DNA from: a virus
Length of the DNA stretch: 64,000 nucleotides
IMG/VR virus record: IMGVR_UViG_3300049846_000848
Coordinates: 1 to 64,000 of that record
Direction: 5' to 3' (one strand)
Shown: piece by piece, positions 27,921-35,899 of the stretch
Layout: every line of letters begins with the position of its first letter
How positions within the stretch are numbered: the stretch's first letter is position 1
The notes under the pieces: generated by a model
What the model was told of the DNA's origin: nothing
Databases searched by the model: none
The model's input: only the letters and a program-made list of their open reading frames with translations
Program-made: the position numbers and the translations under genes

Positions 27921-28697
27921 ATGTCTAAAATACTAAAGAATACAACTGCAAGCCCTATAATTATATCAGATACTGGTATAACTTTACCAGCTTCTCCTGC
28001 TACCTATACTATACCCTATCAGGATTATCTTATATGGGGAGCTTCAAGTAATATAGTAGCTCACGTAGGCACTGGGGCAGTCATAGTTAACGATGGTAGT
28101 CAAAACTTAAGCGCATCCGATGGGATGTCATTATTAAAAGGATTCTACCCTCACCAGATAATAGGAGCTACGACAGGTACTCCTATAGGTAATATTGCAG
28201 ATCGTTTAAAAGTAGATACGATTATTACTCCTACTGCAGGGTCCATACCTAGCACGGATAATAAGCTTAGGTATGATGACATGAACGCATCTACTGGAGG
28301 TGTTGCTAGAGGTACTATAGTGCCTATTACTGGATGGACTCAAGTCTATTCATATACGGGTACTGGAATATTGTTCTCTTTTTTATTGAATATTGAAGAA
28401 AAATCATCATGGAGAGTAAGATTAGTAGTAGATGGTAATGAAATCTTTGGGTCTAACGGTATGTTAATGGGCGATCTGGTGTCAGATACTGCTTATGATT
28501 TAGACGATGCAGGTTCTCCTCTTTCATCTAATGAAGGTAACTTCGGATTAAGTTTGGAAGAGCATGATCGATTCGTGTGGAACTGCCCAAACTCTTTCCC
28601 TATAAGATTCGATACCTCAGTACAGCTACTCGTCCAGCGTATAGCCACTACTAAGAAATTCCAAGCTGGTTTAATTATCTTAACTAAAGAGACTTAA
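27921..28697 (+). CDS. putative virion protein
   Basis: Ser/Thr/Gly-rich beta protein in the late cluster. Confidence 0.5.
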   Translation: MSKILKNTTASPIIISDTGITLPASPATYTIPYQDYLIWGASSNIVAHVGTGAVIVNDGSQNLSASDGMSLLKGFYPHQIIGATTGTPIGNIADRLKVDTIITPTAGSIPSTDNKLRYDDMNASTGGVARGTIVPITGWTQVYSYTGTGILFSFLLNIEEKSSWRVRLVVDGNEIFGSNGMLMGDLVSDTAYDLDDAGSPLSSNEGNFGLSLEEHDRFVWNCPNSFPIRFDTSVQLLVQRIATTKKFQAGLIILTKET

Positions 28698-28698
28698 T

Positions 28699-29325
28699 AT
28701 GTTTAAAGTTACTTGGCCAGAAATTAAATCATTAGTCACCAGTAAACGATTGAATTTACAATATCTAGAGAATGATACTACTTATAAGTTATGGATATTA
28801 GAAGGAAGTATGCCTATAATATGCGAACTATCTAAGAATCCTTCAGATACTACTCATTTAGATGATTTCGTAAATAACTACAAAGCCTCATGCAATAAGC
28901 CGTCGGTGACTAATACCTTAAACGTAGGAATAAGAGAGGCCCACAATCACCGAGCTAGATTGAAGGGTATAATTAATAATGCATCTGCTCCAGTAAATAC
29001 CACTACTTATTTCTATTGGACTATACCTCAATTAACTTGGCTGGGAGTTAATAAGCAATCCTATTTCGACGGGGTACAGTTCTTTACGGTGGACTCCTCT
29101 GCAGGAGATACCATATCACTATCAGTTACCGATGCCAGTGACAATGTATTAGAAACATTCTGCGAGGACTGGAATGTATTCCCTAATACTTTAGAGGAAG
29201 TAAAACTATATAAAGCTAGATTATATCCAGGTTATAAACTTAGGATAGCCTATACTAATTCATCGGCTACTAACGTAGCCAAGATATCAGTAAACATATT
29301 TAGGCATTTAGATGAACTCACCTAA
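28699..29325 (+). CDS. putative virion protein
   Basis: 208-aa ORF in the late cluster. Confidence 0.5.
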   Translation: MFKVTWPEIKSLVTSKRLNLQYLENDTTYKLWILEGSMPIICELSKNPSDTTHLDDFVNNYKASCNKPSVTNTLNVGIREAHNHRARLKGIINNASAPVNTTTYFYWTIPQLTWLGVNKQSYFDGVQFFTVDSSAGDTISLSVTDASDNVLETFCEDWNVFPNTLEEVKLYKARLYPGYKLRIAYTNSSATNVAKISVNIFRHLDELT

Positions 29326-29854
29326 TAAGATATTCTTTGGTTATTCCAGACCAAAAAAGAAACTTCCTCTGCCTTTATTTAGCTGGGCTATACGCCTATT
29401 CTATGGGTGGATACCCTTCTCTCACGTAATGGTATTCTGGTATTCAGAGACAGCTAAAAGCCCTGTATATTATGAGGCTAGCGGGCATGAGCTAAAGTTC
29501 CTAGGGTTTAGAGCATTCCATCAACGATCGGAGCTAGTGGAAGTATGGTCCAGGGAAGTAACCCCTCTACAGCAGGCTCAATTAACCGACTACTGTATGC
29601 GTAAAGCCGGTACCAAGTATGGTACCTTGCAGATAATTGGGATCATCCTAGCCCGTCTATTAAGACTTAAATATAATCCTATAGATAGGGGTAGTTCAGC
29701 CCAGGTGTGCTCAGAAATAGCGGGGCGTATTATAGAAGATATCTTCAATGAATCCACGCACTTAGACTTAGATCTAGCTGGACCCCCGGAATTACGGGAG
29801 TTTATGTTTCATTCTCCTAACTTCAAACTAGAGTGGTCGCGTATAATTAAATAG
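29312..29854 (+). CDS. permuted papain-like NlpC/P60 (YiiX/YaeF-type) enzyme
   Basis: His motif (FSHV) precedes Cys motif (VCSEI), with YEAS and GTKYG. Confidence 0.7.
   Translation: MNSPNKIFFGYSRPKKKLPLPLFSWAIRLFYGWIPFSHVMVFWYSETAKSPVYYEASGHELKFLGFRAFHQRSELVEVWSREVTPLQQAQLTDYCMRKAGTKYGTLQIIGIILARLLRLKYNPIDRGSSAQVCSEIAGRIIEDIFNESTHLDLDLAGPPELREFMFHSPNFKLEWSRIIK
29840..29849 (+). promoter_or_regulatory. late-promoter motif copy
   Basis: CGTATAATTA. Confidence 0.6.
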
Positions 29855-29860
29855 ATAGGC

Positions 29861-30184
29861 GTGGGGCAGGATGTTATTATGAATAATGATAAGTTGTTAG
29901 AGTTGATTATCGCTAAGCAAGACCGAATGGACGACCACTTATCTGACATTAAAACTACACTAGCTCAGAACACCTCCGTTCTAGAAGAGCACCAAAGACG
30001 CTCCCTGGCCAATGAAGAAGCTGTATCCCTAATGCGATCTGAGTTTAAGCCTATCCGAGAACACGTTATTAAAGTCCAGACGTTCGCCCACATATTCAAG
30101 CTTATATGTGCCTGGACTGCCGGTATAACCGCCTTTCTACTGTCAGCCTTAGGGATATACGAGCTTATCCTAAAGCTATTCTAA
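29861..30184 (+). CDS. coiled-coil protein with C-terminal TM helix (holin/XhlA-like candidate)
   Basis: LEEHQRRS coiled coil plus a single C-terminal hydrophobic helix. Confidence 0.5.
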   Translation: MGQDVIMNNDKLLELIIAKQDRMDDHLSDIKTTLAQNTSVLEEHQRRSLANEEAVSLMRSEFKPIREHVIKVQTFAHIFKLICAWTAGITAFLLSALGIYELILKLF

Positions 30185-30197
30185 TACCCCTTAAACC

Positions 30198-30214
30198 CGT
30201 ATAATTACTAGAGA
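30198..30214 (+). promoter_or_regulatory. late-promoter motif upstream of neck genes
   Basis: CGTATAATTACTAGAGA. Confidence 0.75.
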
Positions 30215-30232
30215 CACCTTAAAGGAGCCCCC

Positions 30233-30946
30233 ATGGCTACTAATCAGACTCTTAATTCATTCGGGGTAAGACAACCAGCCCGCCCCATCGTAAGCCTATC
30301 CGATATTAAGGCATGGCTTAACATCCCAGAATCAGAGACTAAGTACGACCTAACCCTAAACATAATCAATGCGTCGGTAGCCCAAGAGTTCGAGCAATAT
30401 ATCGACAGCCCTATCCTAACTATCACCGTAGACGAGATATTTGATGCCGATAACTCCGACTCCATTGTACCTAGCCAGCGCCCAGTAAGACAGATCGACT
30501 ACGTGTTTATGGATGACTCCGGTCAGTTTGATGGATTAACTACCCCAGCAGATCGGGAGGCTTCTAACATGAAGCTAGACCCTAGTTCATACTTCCTTAG
30601 GGATGATGGCACTATCGTAAGTAATAACTCTGCAGCTGGTATTGATCTATGGAACTATGTCTTCGGTTATGGTAAAGGTTCTATCATGGTCCAGTATAAA
30701 GCGGGCTATGCTGATACTTTAGGTGAAGTGCCCTCAGATCTTAAGCATGCTGCGTTAATGCGCATTAACCAGCAATATCATCTAAAGCAAAACAATGCTA
30801 TCAATGTTAAATCAAAATCAGCTAATGAGTCTTCCGTAACTTATGAGCTAGGTATGCCTAAAGAAGTTAAAGATATCCTAGATCGCTATGTAGACTATTC
30901 GTTCCATAAAGCTAATACTAGAATCAAAAAGTATTACGAGTTATAA
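30233..30946 (+). CDS. head-tail connector (gp6-like adaptor)
   Basis: VSLSDIKAWLNI, VQYKAGY, VPSDLKHAAL, PKEVKDILDRY. Confidence 0.8.
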   Translation: MATNQTLNSFGVRQPARPIVSLSDIKAWLNIPESETKYDLTLNIINASVAQEFEQYIDSPILTITVDEIFDADNSDSIVPSQRPVRQIDYVFMDDSGQFDGLTTPADREASNMKLDPSSYFLRDDGTIVSNNSAAGIDLWNYVFGYGKGSIMVQYKAGYADTLGEVPSDLKHAALMRINQQYHLKQNNAINVKSKSANESSVTYELGMPKEVKDILDRYVDYSFHKANTRIKKYYEL

Positions 30947-30949
30947 TCT

Positions 30950-31486
30950 ATGTTAGGCATAGAAGTACAATCCGCCCTTAAAGAGTTCGGCTTAGCTATG
31001 CGTAACCTAGATCGCAAGCTAGATGCCGTTACTAAGTTATGGATTGTTCAAGCTGCCTTCATGATAGAGAATTCAGCTAAGAAAAAGGTATCGGAGACAG
31101 TCAATAAGAGGGTTAAGATACCTGGATTAATGCGTAGCGGATTATTATTAAACTCTATATCTAGTTCATTCGATTATAAGAATGGACGAGCAGAAGCATT
31201 AATAGGCCCTAGAAACGTAATCTACGCTCGTATGAGAGAATATGGTGGAGTAGTCAGACCAAAGAAAGCTAAACGCTTATTCATCCCTATATCACGTAAA
31301 GGTCAGCGTATTGGTCCTCAAAGAGATAAGTCTAAACGAGGAGACTTAAAGATGGGGGTAGACTTCGTCCTAGCTAAGCAAGCTGTAATACCAGCTAGAC
31401 CATATATGCGGCCAGCTTACTTTAACAATCAAGACAAGATGATAGAGCTATTATTAGATATGATAGCTAAACGTCTATTAGGATAA
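30950..31486 (+). CDS. HK97 gp10/Mu gpG-like neck/tail completion protein
   Basis: RSGLLLNSI, YARMREYGG, IPARPYMRPA. Confidence 0.8.
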   Translation: MLGIEVQSALKEFGLAMRNLDRKLDAVTKLWIVQAAFMIENSAKKKVSETVNKRVKIPGLMRSGLLLNSISSSFDYKNGRAEALIGPRNVIYARMREYGGVVRPKKAKRLFIPISRKGQRIGPQRDKSKRGDLKMGVDFVLAKQAVIPARPYMRPAYFNNQDKMIELLLDMIAKRLLG

Positions 31487-31489
31487 TAT

Positions 31490-31960
31490 ATGGCTTGCGG
31501 TAATGGATCACGACGAGAGATACTAGACTCGCTAATACTTAGAGTAAAAAGTGTCACCAAAGCTAACGGTTATAGATTTAACGTAGTCGACTGTAATCTA
31601 GACTTAAAGAATCCAGAGCAACTAATGGAGCACGAGACTCCAATGGTTTACGTTATACCTACATCTGAGCGCAGGACTGGTGGAGTAGGCGGATTATACA
31701 AGGCTACATGGTCTATTGATCTCTATATCGTAGCTAAGCAAGTATCAATCCTAGAGATGTATGACCTAGTAGATGATATCGAAGATGCTTTATATGGGAT
31801 TAAAGGACAACTACCTAAGCTACAGGGATGCTCTATTAATATGCTACGGGTAGTAGACGTAGCTATAGACGGTCAGATGCTAACCCAAGAACAAAACTAT
31901 AGCCAAGCCTTAATAGCAATAGAATTAGACTGGAGCCATCAAGCTCATCGCCAGCCTTAG
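31490..31960 (+). CDS. probable tail terminator protein
   Basis: TKANGY motif, LVDDIEDAL, position after the gp10-like gene. Confidence 0.65.
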   Translation: MACGNGSRREILDSLILRVKSVTKANGYRFNVVDCNLDLKNPEQLMEHETPMVYVIPTSERRTGGVGGLYKATWSIDLYIVAKQVSILEMYDLVDDIEDALYGIKGQLPKLQGCSINMLRVVDVAIDGQMLTQEQNYSQALIAIELDWSHQAHRQP

Positions 31961-32439
31961 ATCTTATCTATCTCACTAAATATATAATTATTACATTCAG
32001 TTAACTTCTGCTCTAGCATGGCTTTGTCGTTGTTCTTACGACATAACCCGCTGGGATGGGGCAGCTCGAAATAATCTATACCCCACTTATCTAAAGTCTT
32101 AACCGCCTCTTTACCTAAAGCCACCACCTTACAATTAGAGATATATTCAGTATTAGTAGAATCTAATCCAGTCTTATAATGCACTGTAATAAAATCAACT
32201 ACTTGTCGTATAGATATTATATGACATTGATTAATCATGTTGATCTGACTGTGATGGACATACATTCGACGACACCAATCCATCAAGGTATCGTAGCTTT
32301 TAGTCCCCCAAAAAGCTAGGTAAGGGTGGACATTCTTAGGGCTAGGTTTATCTCCTACGAATAGAATCTGAGGGTAGTTAGCTGGCTTCATCCCACCTCC
32401 TGTATCAATAAAGGTACTTGACATTAAGATCATAGTCAA
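31957..32439 (-). CDS. uracil-DNA glycosylase superfamily protein
   Basis: ILFVGDKPS, VVALGKEA, LPHPSG; real start probably the ATG after GGAGG (MKPAN). Confidence 0.7.
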   Translation of the reverse strand: MTMILMSSTFIDTGGGMKPANYPQILFVGDKPSPKNVHPYLAFWGTKSYDTLMDWCRRMYVHHSQINMINQCHIISIRQVVDFITVHYKTGLDSTNTEYISNCKVVALGKEAVKTLDKWGIDYFELPHPSGLCRKNNDKAMLEQKLTECNNYIFSEIDKI

Positions 32440-32446
32440 CTAAACT
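32418..32446 (+). promoter_or_regulatory. sigma70-type promoter opening the accessory block
   Basis: TTGACA-17 nt-TAAACT; ATG 32453 follows after 6 nt. Confidence 0.7.
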
Positions 32447-32452
32447 AATTTT

Positions 32453-32725
32453 ATGGATGAAAAGAAATATCCCGACATGATTAAAGACATAGCCAAGACT
32501 GACCCTTCGATCTATGCCAGCTATGATATATTAATAATCAAGTACTTACGATCATTAGAGTTATTAAATAAGCTGCATAAGGATATGACTACCTTAATGG
32601 ATACGGCTAATGAGATAGCCTTTCACGTCCCCGAGCAGTATATCCTTAAGTTCTCGCAACATTACGCTACTATTAAGGGTATGAAGTATGAGATCGAAGA
32701 CAATATTAAAGAGATTAATCAATAA
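32453..32725 (+). CDS. hypothetical protein
   Basis: 90-aa ORF directly after a promoter. Confidence 0.65.
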   Translation: MDEKKYPDMIKDIAKTDPSIYASYDILIIKYLRSLELLNKLHKDMTTLMDTANEIAFHVPEQYILKFSQHYATIKGMKYEIEDNIKEINQ

Positions 32726-32734
32726 GGAGTATAG

Positions 32735-33043
32735 ATGGGAGCAGCATTAGCTATCTTAAATGAGACTGAAGTACTTGAGCCTAAGTTTAAAGATGGAGAT
32801 GACGGAGGGGAAGCATTACCTCCAGATAAGATTACGGTACATAATACGGTTAATGGATGGTCTATTAAGCTATCTTTTACCCAAGAAGATGGGACTATTC
32901 TAGAAGAGCGGTTCTCATTCGTAGCCGGAGCTGAGCCAGCAGAACAAGCTGGATTTAACGCGGCTATTAAATTGATAGCAGCTGCCATGGGAACCGATCC
33001 AGCGAAGGTTAATATAACTAGTGATGAGGCTGTGGTTGAATAA
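32735..33043 (+). CDS. hypothetical acidic protein
   Basis: AAGGAG RBS. Confidence 0.65.
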   Translation: MGAALAILNETEVLEPKFKDGDDGGEALPPDKITVHNTVNGWSIKLSFTQEDGTILEERFSFVAGAEPAEQAGFNAAIKLIAAAMGTDPAKVNITSDEAVVE

Positions 33044-33323
33044 CGCACAATCATTCAAAGATGCGGTACTGGCACTACGTCACTGTACCAGTGAATATAT
33101 TATAATTAAGAATAAAAAGGTAGCTGATCCAGAATTAGTAAACATAAGAAGGGAATTATTAGTATCTGCTCTATTCAGATATAGAAGAGTTAAAGCCGAT
33201 GTACTCAGGGAGATAGCTAATAGGATCTTCACCCCAGATCAGACAAAGATACTAGACGCGGCTATGCGAACGGGGGATGCCGCTTATTCCAGAGCTAGAC
33301 TAGCCATAAAGATAGGAGCATAA
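33021..33323 (+). CDS. hypothetical protein
   Basis: 100-aa ORF in an operon. Confidence 0.55.
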   Translation: MMRLWLNNAQSFKDAVLALRHCTSEYIIIKNKKVADPELVNIRRELLVSALFRYRRVKADVLREIANRIFTPDQTKILDAAMRTGDAAYSRARLAIKIGA

Positions 33324-33325
33324 CT

Positions 33326-33514
33326 ATGGCATGTAAACGATGCAAAAAGACCGTGTACGGAGTATTCGTTACTTATACTGAGAGCGGAGTCATAGCTTTA
33401 CTTAAACTATTTCATAGACAAGAACAAGCACAAGCATTCGCTGACTTACAGTCCAATACTTTAGATACTAATATATTCACTATAGCGGTACAAGAACTGC
33501 CAGTAGAGGCTTAG
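33326..33514 (+). CDS. small CxxC protein
   Basis: MACKRC; AGGAG RBS. Confidence 0.55.
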   Translation: MACKRCKKTVYGVFVTYTESGVIALLKLFHRQEQAQAFADLQSNTLDTNIFTIAVQELPVEA

Positions 33515-34108
33515 ATGATTAAGATAGCTATAGACCTAGAATTAGAAAGAAATAATGACGGAATACAGGTCACTGATTCCACCGTAGATAAGCCAGAAAT
33601 CATTCAGCTAGGTATATGCGTATTCAATTCAGTTACTGGAGAGATATTACAGACTACCTCATTGGATATTCATAAGCCTTATAGACTATCCACCTATATA
33701 CAAAAGCTAACTAAGATTAAGCCAGAAGATTTAAATAATTCTAGTTTAACCATCCATGACGCCTATAACTACCTAGTAGCTATCAGGGATCAGTATGATG
33801 CTTCAAGGAATATTATTGAGTGGGGTGCCGGAGACATGGCTGCTCTTCTAGCTGAAGTTCAACCAGAACAGTCTAGCTTCGGCTCAGCTATAAACGCCAA
33901 GCACCTATACCAGATGATTATGCAGGCTAAGGGACTAAACGATAAAGGCGGATTAGCCAAATCCTTAGGTAAGCTAGGGATGCAATTTAAACCCTGGAAT
34001 AACCACGGTAAGCACCAAGCCGGAGCTGACTCGTTTAATACTGCCAGGTTATACCTTAAGTTATTAGAATTATGTAAGACTATTGACTTAACTATCATTA
34101 AGGTTTAA
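33515..34108 (+). CDS. DEDDh 3'-5' exonuclease (ERI-1/KapD-like)
   Basis: IDLE, EIIQLG, WGAGD, HQAGADSFNTA. Confidence 0.8.
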   Translation: MIKIAIDLELERNNDGIQVTDSTVDKPEIIQLGICVFNSVTGEILQTTSLDIHKPYRLSTYIQKLTKIKPEDLNNSSLTIHDAYNYLVAIRDQYDASRNIIEWGAGDMAALLAEVQPEQSSFGSAINAKHLYQMIMQAKGLNDKGGLAKSLGKLGMQFKPWNNHGKHQAGADSFNTARLYLKLLELCKTIDLTIIKV

Positions 34109-34117
34109 CCTCTAGTA

Positions 34118-34354
34118 ATGGAGGTACGTATGAATACAGCTACTAACTACGCAGAAGAACATCGTAAGGAAGAAGAGTATCAAGCCAGGATAGCTAAGAT
34201 ACGTCAGATTCAACAATCTGGTGTATTTATGGATAGACTATACCCAGGTCCAGGTAAAGTTATTTATGTAGACTTTAAGTCTAAGCGCAAGATTAAAGAA
34301 GAAGTGTATGAATACGTCGGTAGCAGTCACTATTATGCCGGCAATCTTGAATAG
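34118..34354 (+). CDS. hypothetical protein
   Basis: GKVIYVDF motif; likely start is the second ATG, after GGAGGT. Confidence 0.6.
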   Translation: MEVRMNTATNYAEEHRKEEEYQARIAKIRQIQQSGVFMDRLYPGPGKVIYVDFKSKRKIKEEVYEYVGSSHYYAGNLE

Positions 34355-34363
34355 GAGTTATTT

Positions 34364-34696
34364 ATGTCTAAAGTAATTTTCATCTCATTACCTGTAGCGG
34401 ACTATAAAGATCAGGTTATAGGCGATAAGGTTAGGGTAGAAAATGATAGTGGAGGTATCGAAAGTCTAGTAGAATCCTTTGGTAACTTCCTTAAAGCCAT
34501 TGGATACAGTGAACAGACGGTAGACGCTTATCTAAATCCAGAACGAATAGAGCTAGATGAACGTGAACAAGAGGCTAAGATAGAAGCAGAGGTAGCTAGG
34601 AGAGTATCAGAAGCTCTGGAGGAGAAGCCAACTAAAAGAAAGTTACCTAAGTCTATGCCCTCATTCCTAATCAATGACGAGGAAGAGCATGCATAA
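34364..34696 (+). CDS. hypothetical protein
   Basis: FLKAIGYS motif; AGGAG RBS. Confidence 0.65.
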   Translation: MSKVIFISLPVADYKDQVIGDKVRVENDSGGIESLVESFGNFLKAIGYSEQTVDAYLNPERIELDEREQEAKIEAEVARRVSEALEEKPTKRKLPKSMPSFLINDEEEHA

Positions 34697-34874
34697 CGAC
34701 ACGCTAACTATCCAATGTCCAACATGCGGCGAGACTGACGAGATAACTGAATTAGCCTATCGCAATGCCGATAGACTGTGCTGTAGACACTGTAATAAAG
34801 CTACTGATAAGTCAAGATTTAAGGCCTATATAACGGACACTAATTCTAGTGAACCTGACTGGGAAATGGATTAG
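34674..34874 (+). CDS. small zinc-ribbon protein
   Basis: CPTC...CRHC. Confidence 0.6.
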   Translation: MTRKSMHNDTLTIQCPTCGETDEITELAYRNADRLCCRHCNKATDKSRFKAYITDTNSSEPDWEMD

Positions 34875-34878
34875 CGGC

Positions 34879-35202
34879 CTACTCCGGTAGGTCCGCTTCT
34901 CCTTCTGGTGCCCTTAGATTCTCTGGGGCAATTAAATCAAAATTATAGTAACAATCGTCGATTTCAAATTGTCTATCTTCTTCCGACATAACGAAGTCAG
35001 GATTCTCCCTAGTCTCTAACGCTATAGCATGATCTACTCGACCAGTACAGTACTCTAGTATCTGATCAAAATCTACCCCAGTCTCAACGTCATTATCTGA
35101 GTCTATAGTAAATGACTTAGGTACCGCCCCGTCTAGACCCTTATGCTTGACCTGGATGTTACACCCAACTACCACTAAACCTATCAACCAACTGTATTTC
35201 AT
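34879..35202 (-). CDS. lipoprotein
   Basis: MKYSWLIGLVVVGC lipobox; GGAGGT RBS; own minus-strand promoter TTGATT-17 nt-TAATAT (35220-35248). Confidence 0.7.
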   Translation of the reverse strand: MKYSWLIGLVVVGCNIQVKHKGLDGAVPKSFTIDSDNDVETGVDFDQILEYCTGRVDHAIALETRENPDFVMSEEDRQFEIDDCYYNFDLIAPENLRAPEGEADLPE

Positions 35203-35231
35203 ACTTACCTCCATAATTAATATTACTACAC

Positions 35232-35260
35232 TTGCAAACTAAAATCAATTGATATAAACT
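35232..35260 (+). promoter_or_regulatory. sigma70-type promoter overlapping a divergent promoter
   Basis: TTGCAA-17 nt-TAAACT. Confidence 0.6.
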
Positions 35261-35294
35261 AATCTAGACCGCCACCCAAACATAGGAGTACCCA

Positions 35295-35549
35295 ATGTCT
35301 AAAGGTAAACGAGTAGCAGCTGGATTAGTAGGATCATTACTAGTCCTAAGTATTGGATTTAACGTAAAGCAAAGCCAAGATCTTAAATCAACTAAGGAAG
35401 AGCTAGCTCAGACCCAGACTCAATTAACCGAGCTAGAGCAAGCTAGTACCCAAGTTTTCAATAACTTAATGGGATGCGCTAGTGTGATTCAGATGGCTGC
35501 GCCTCAATGTCCGATCATTAAACAAATCATAGAATCAATGAGTAAGTAA
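35295..35549 (+). CDS. membrane-anchored coiled-coil protein
   Basis: N-terminal TM helix, coiled coil, two Cys. Confidence 0.6.
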   Translation: MSKGKRVAAGLVGSLLVLSIGFNVKQSQDLKSTKEELAQTQTQLTELEQASTQVFNNLMGCASVIQMAAPQCPIIKQIIESMSK

Positions 35550-35550
35550 T

Positions 35551-35883
35551 ATGAAACGTACATTGACATGGGCTATAGCCTCAGTAGCTATAGCCGGTTT
35601 ACTATATAGCGTAAATGATTATAAAAAGGTAGCTGACTTTAGGATTAAGCTAGATCACCTTAAATTTAGGCAAGGTGCTATCGTAAAGTTTAAAGTACCT
35701 AAGTTCTTCTCAGCTGTATGCCAGCCTATAGGAACAGTGGTAGCTTATGATATTGAGCTAGACGCCTATATTATAGGGGTAGGGTCAATACCAGAATTTA
35801 GTAACAATTGTCCTAATCCTCATTATATAAATGAGAGTGAGTTAACCTTAGTAAGAGATTCTATTTTGAAATTTTCAATTTAA
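35551..35883 (+). CDS. membrane-anchored hypothetical protein
   Basis: N-terminal hydrophobic helix. Confidence 0.6.
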   Translation: MKRTLTWAIASVAIAGLLYSVNDYKKVADFRIKLDHLKFRQGAIVKFKVPKFFSAVCQPIGTVVAYDIELDAYIIGVGSIPEFSNNCPNPHYINESELTLVRDSILKFSI

Positions 35884-35899
35884 CTAAACAAGGAGAAGT

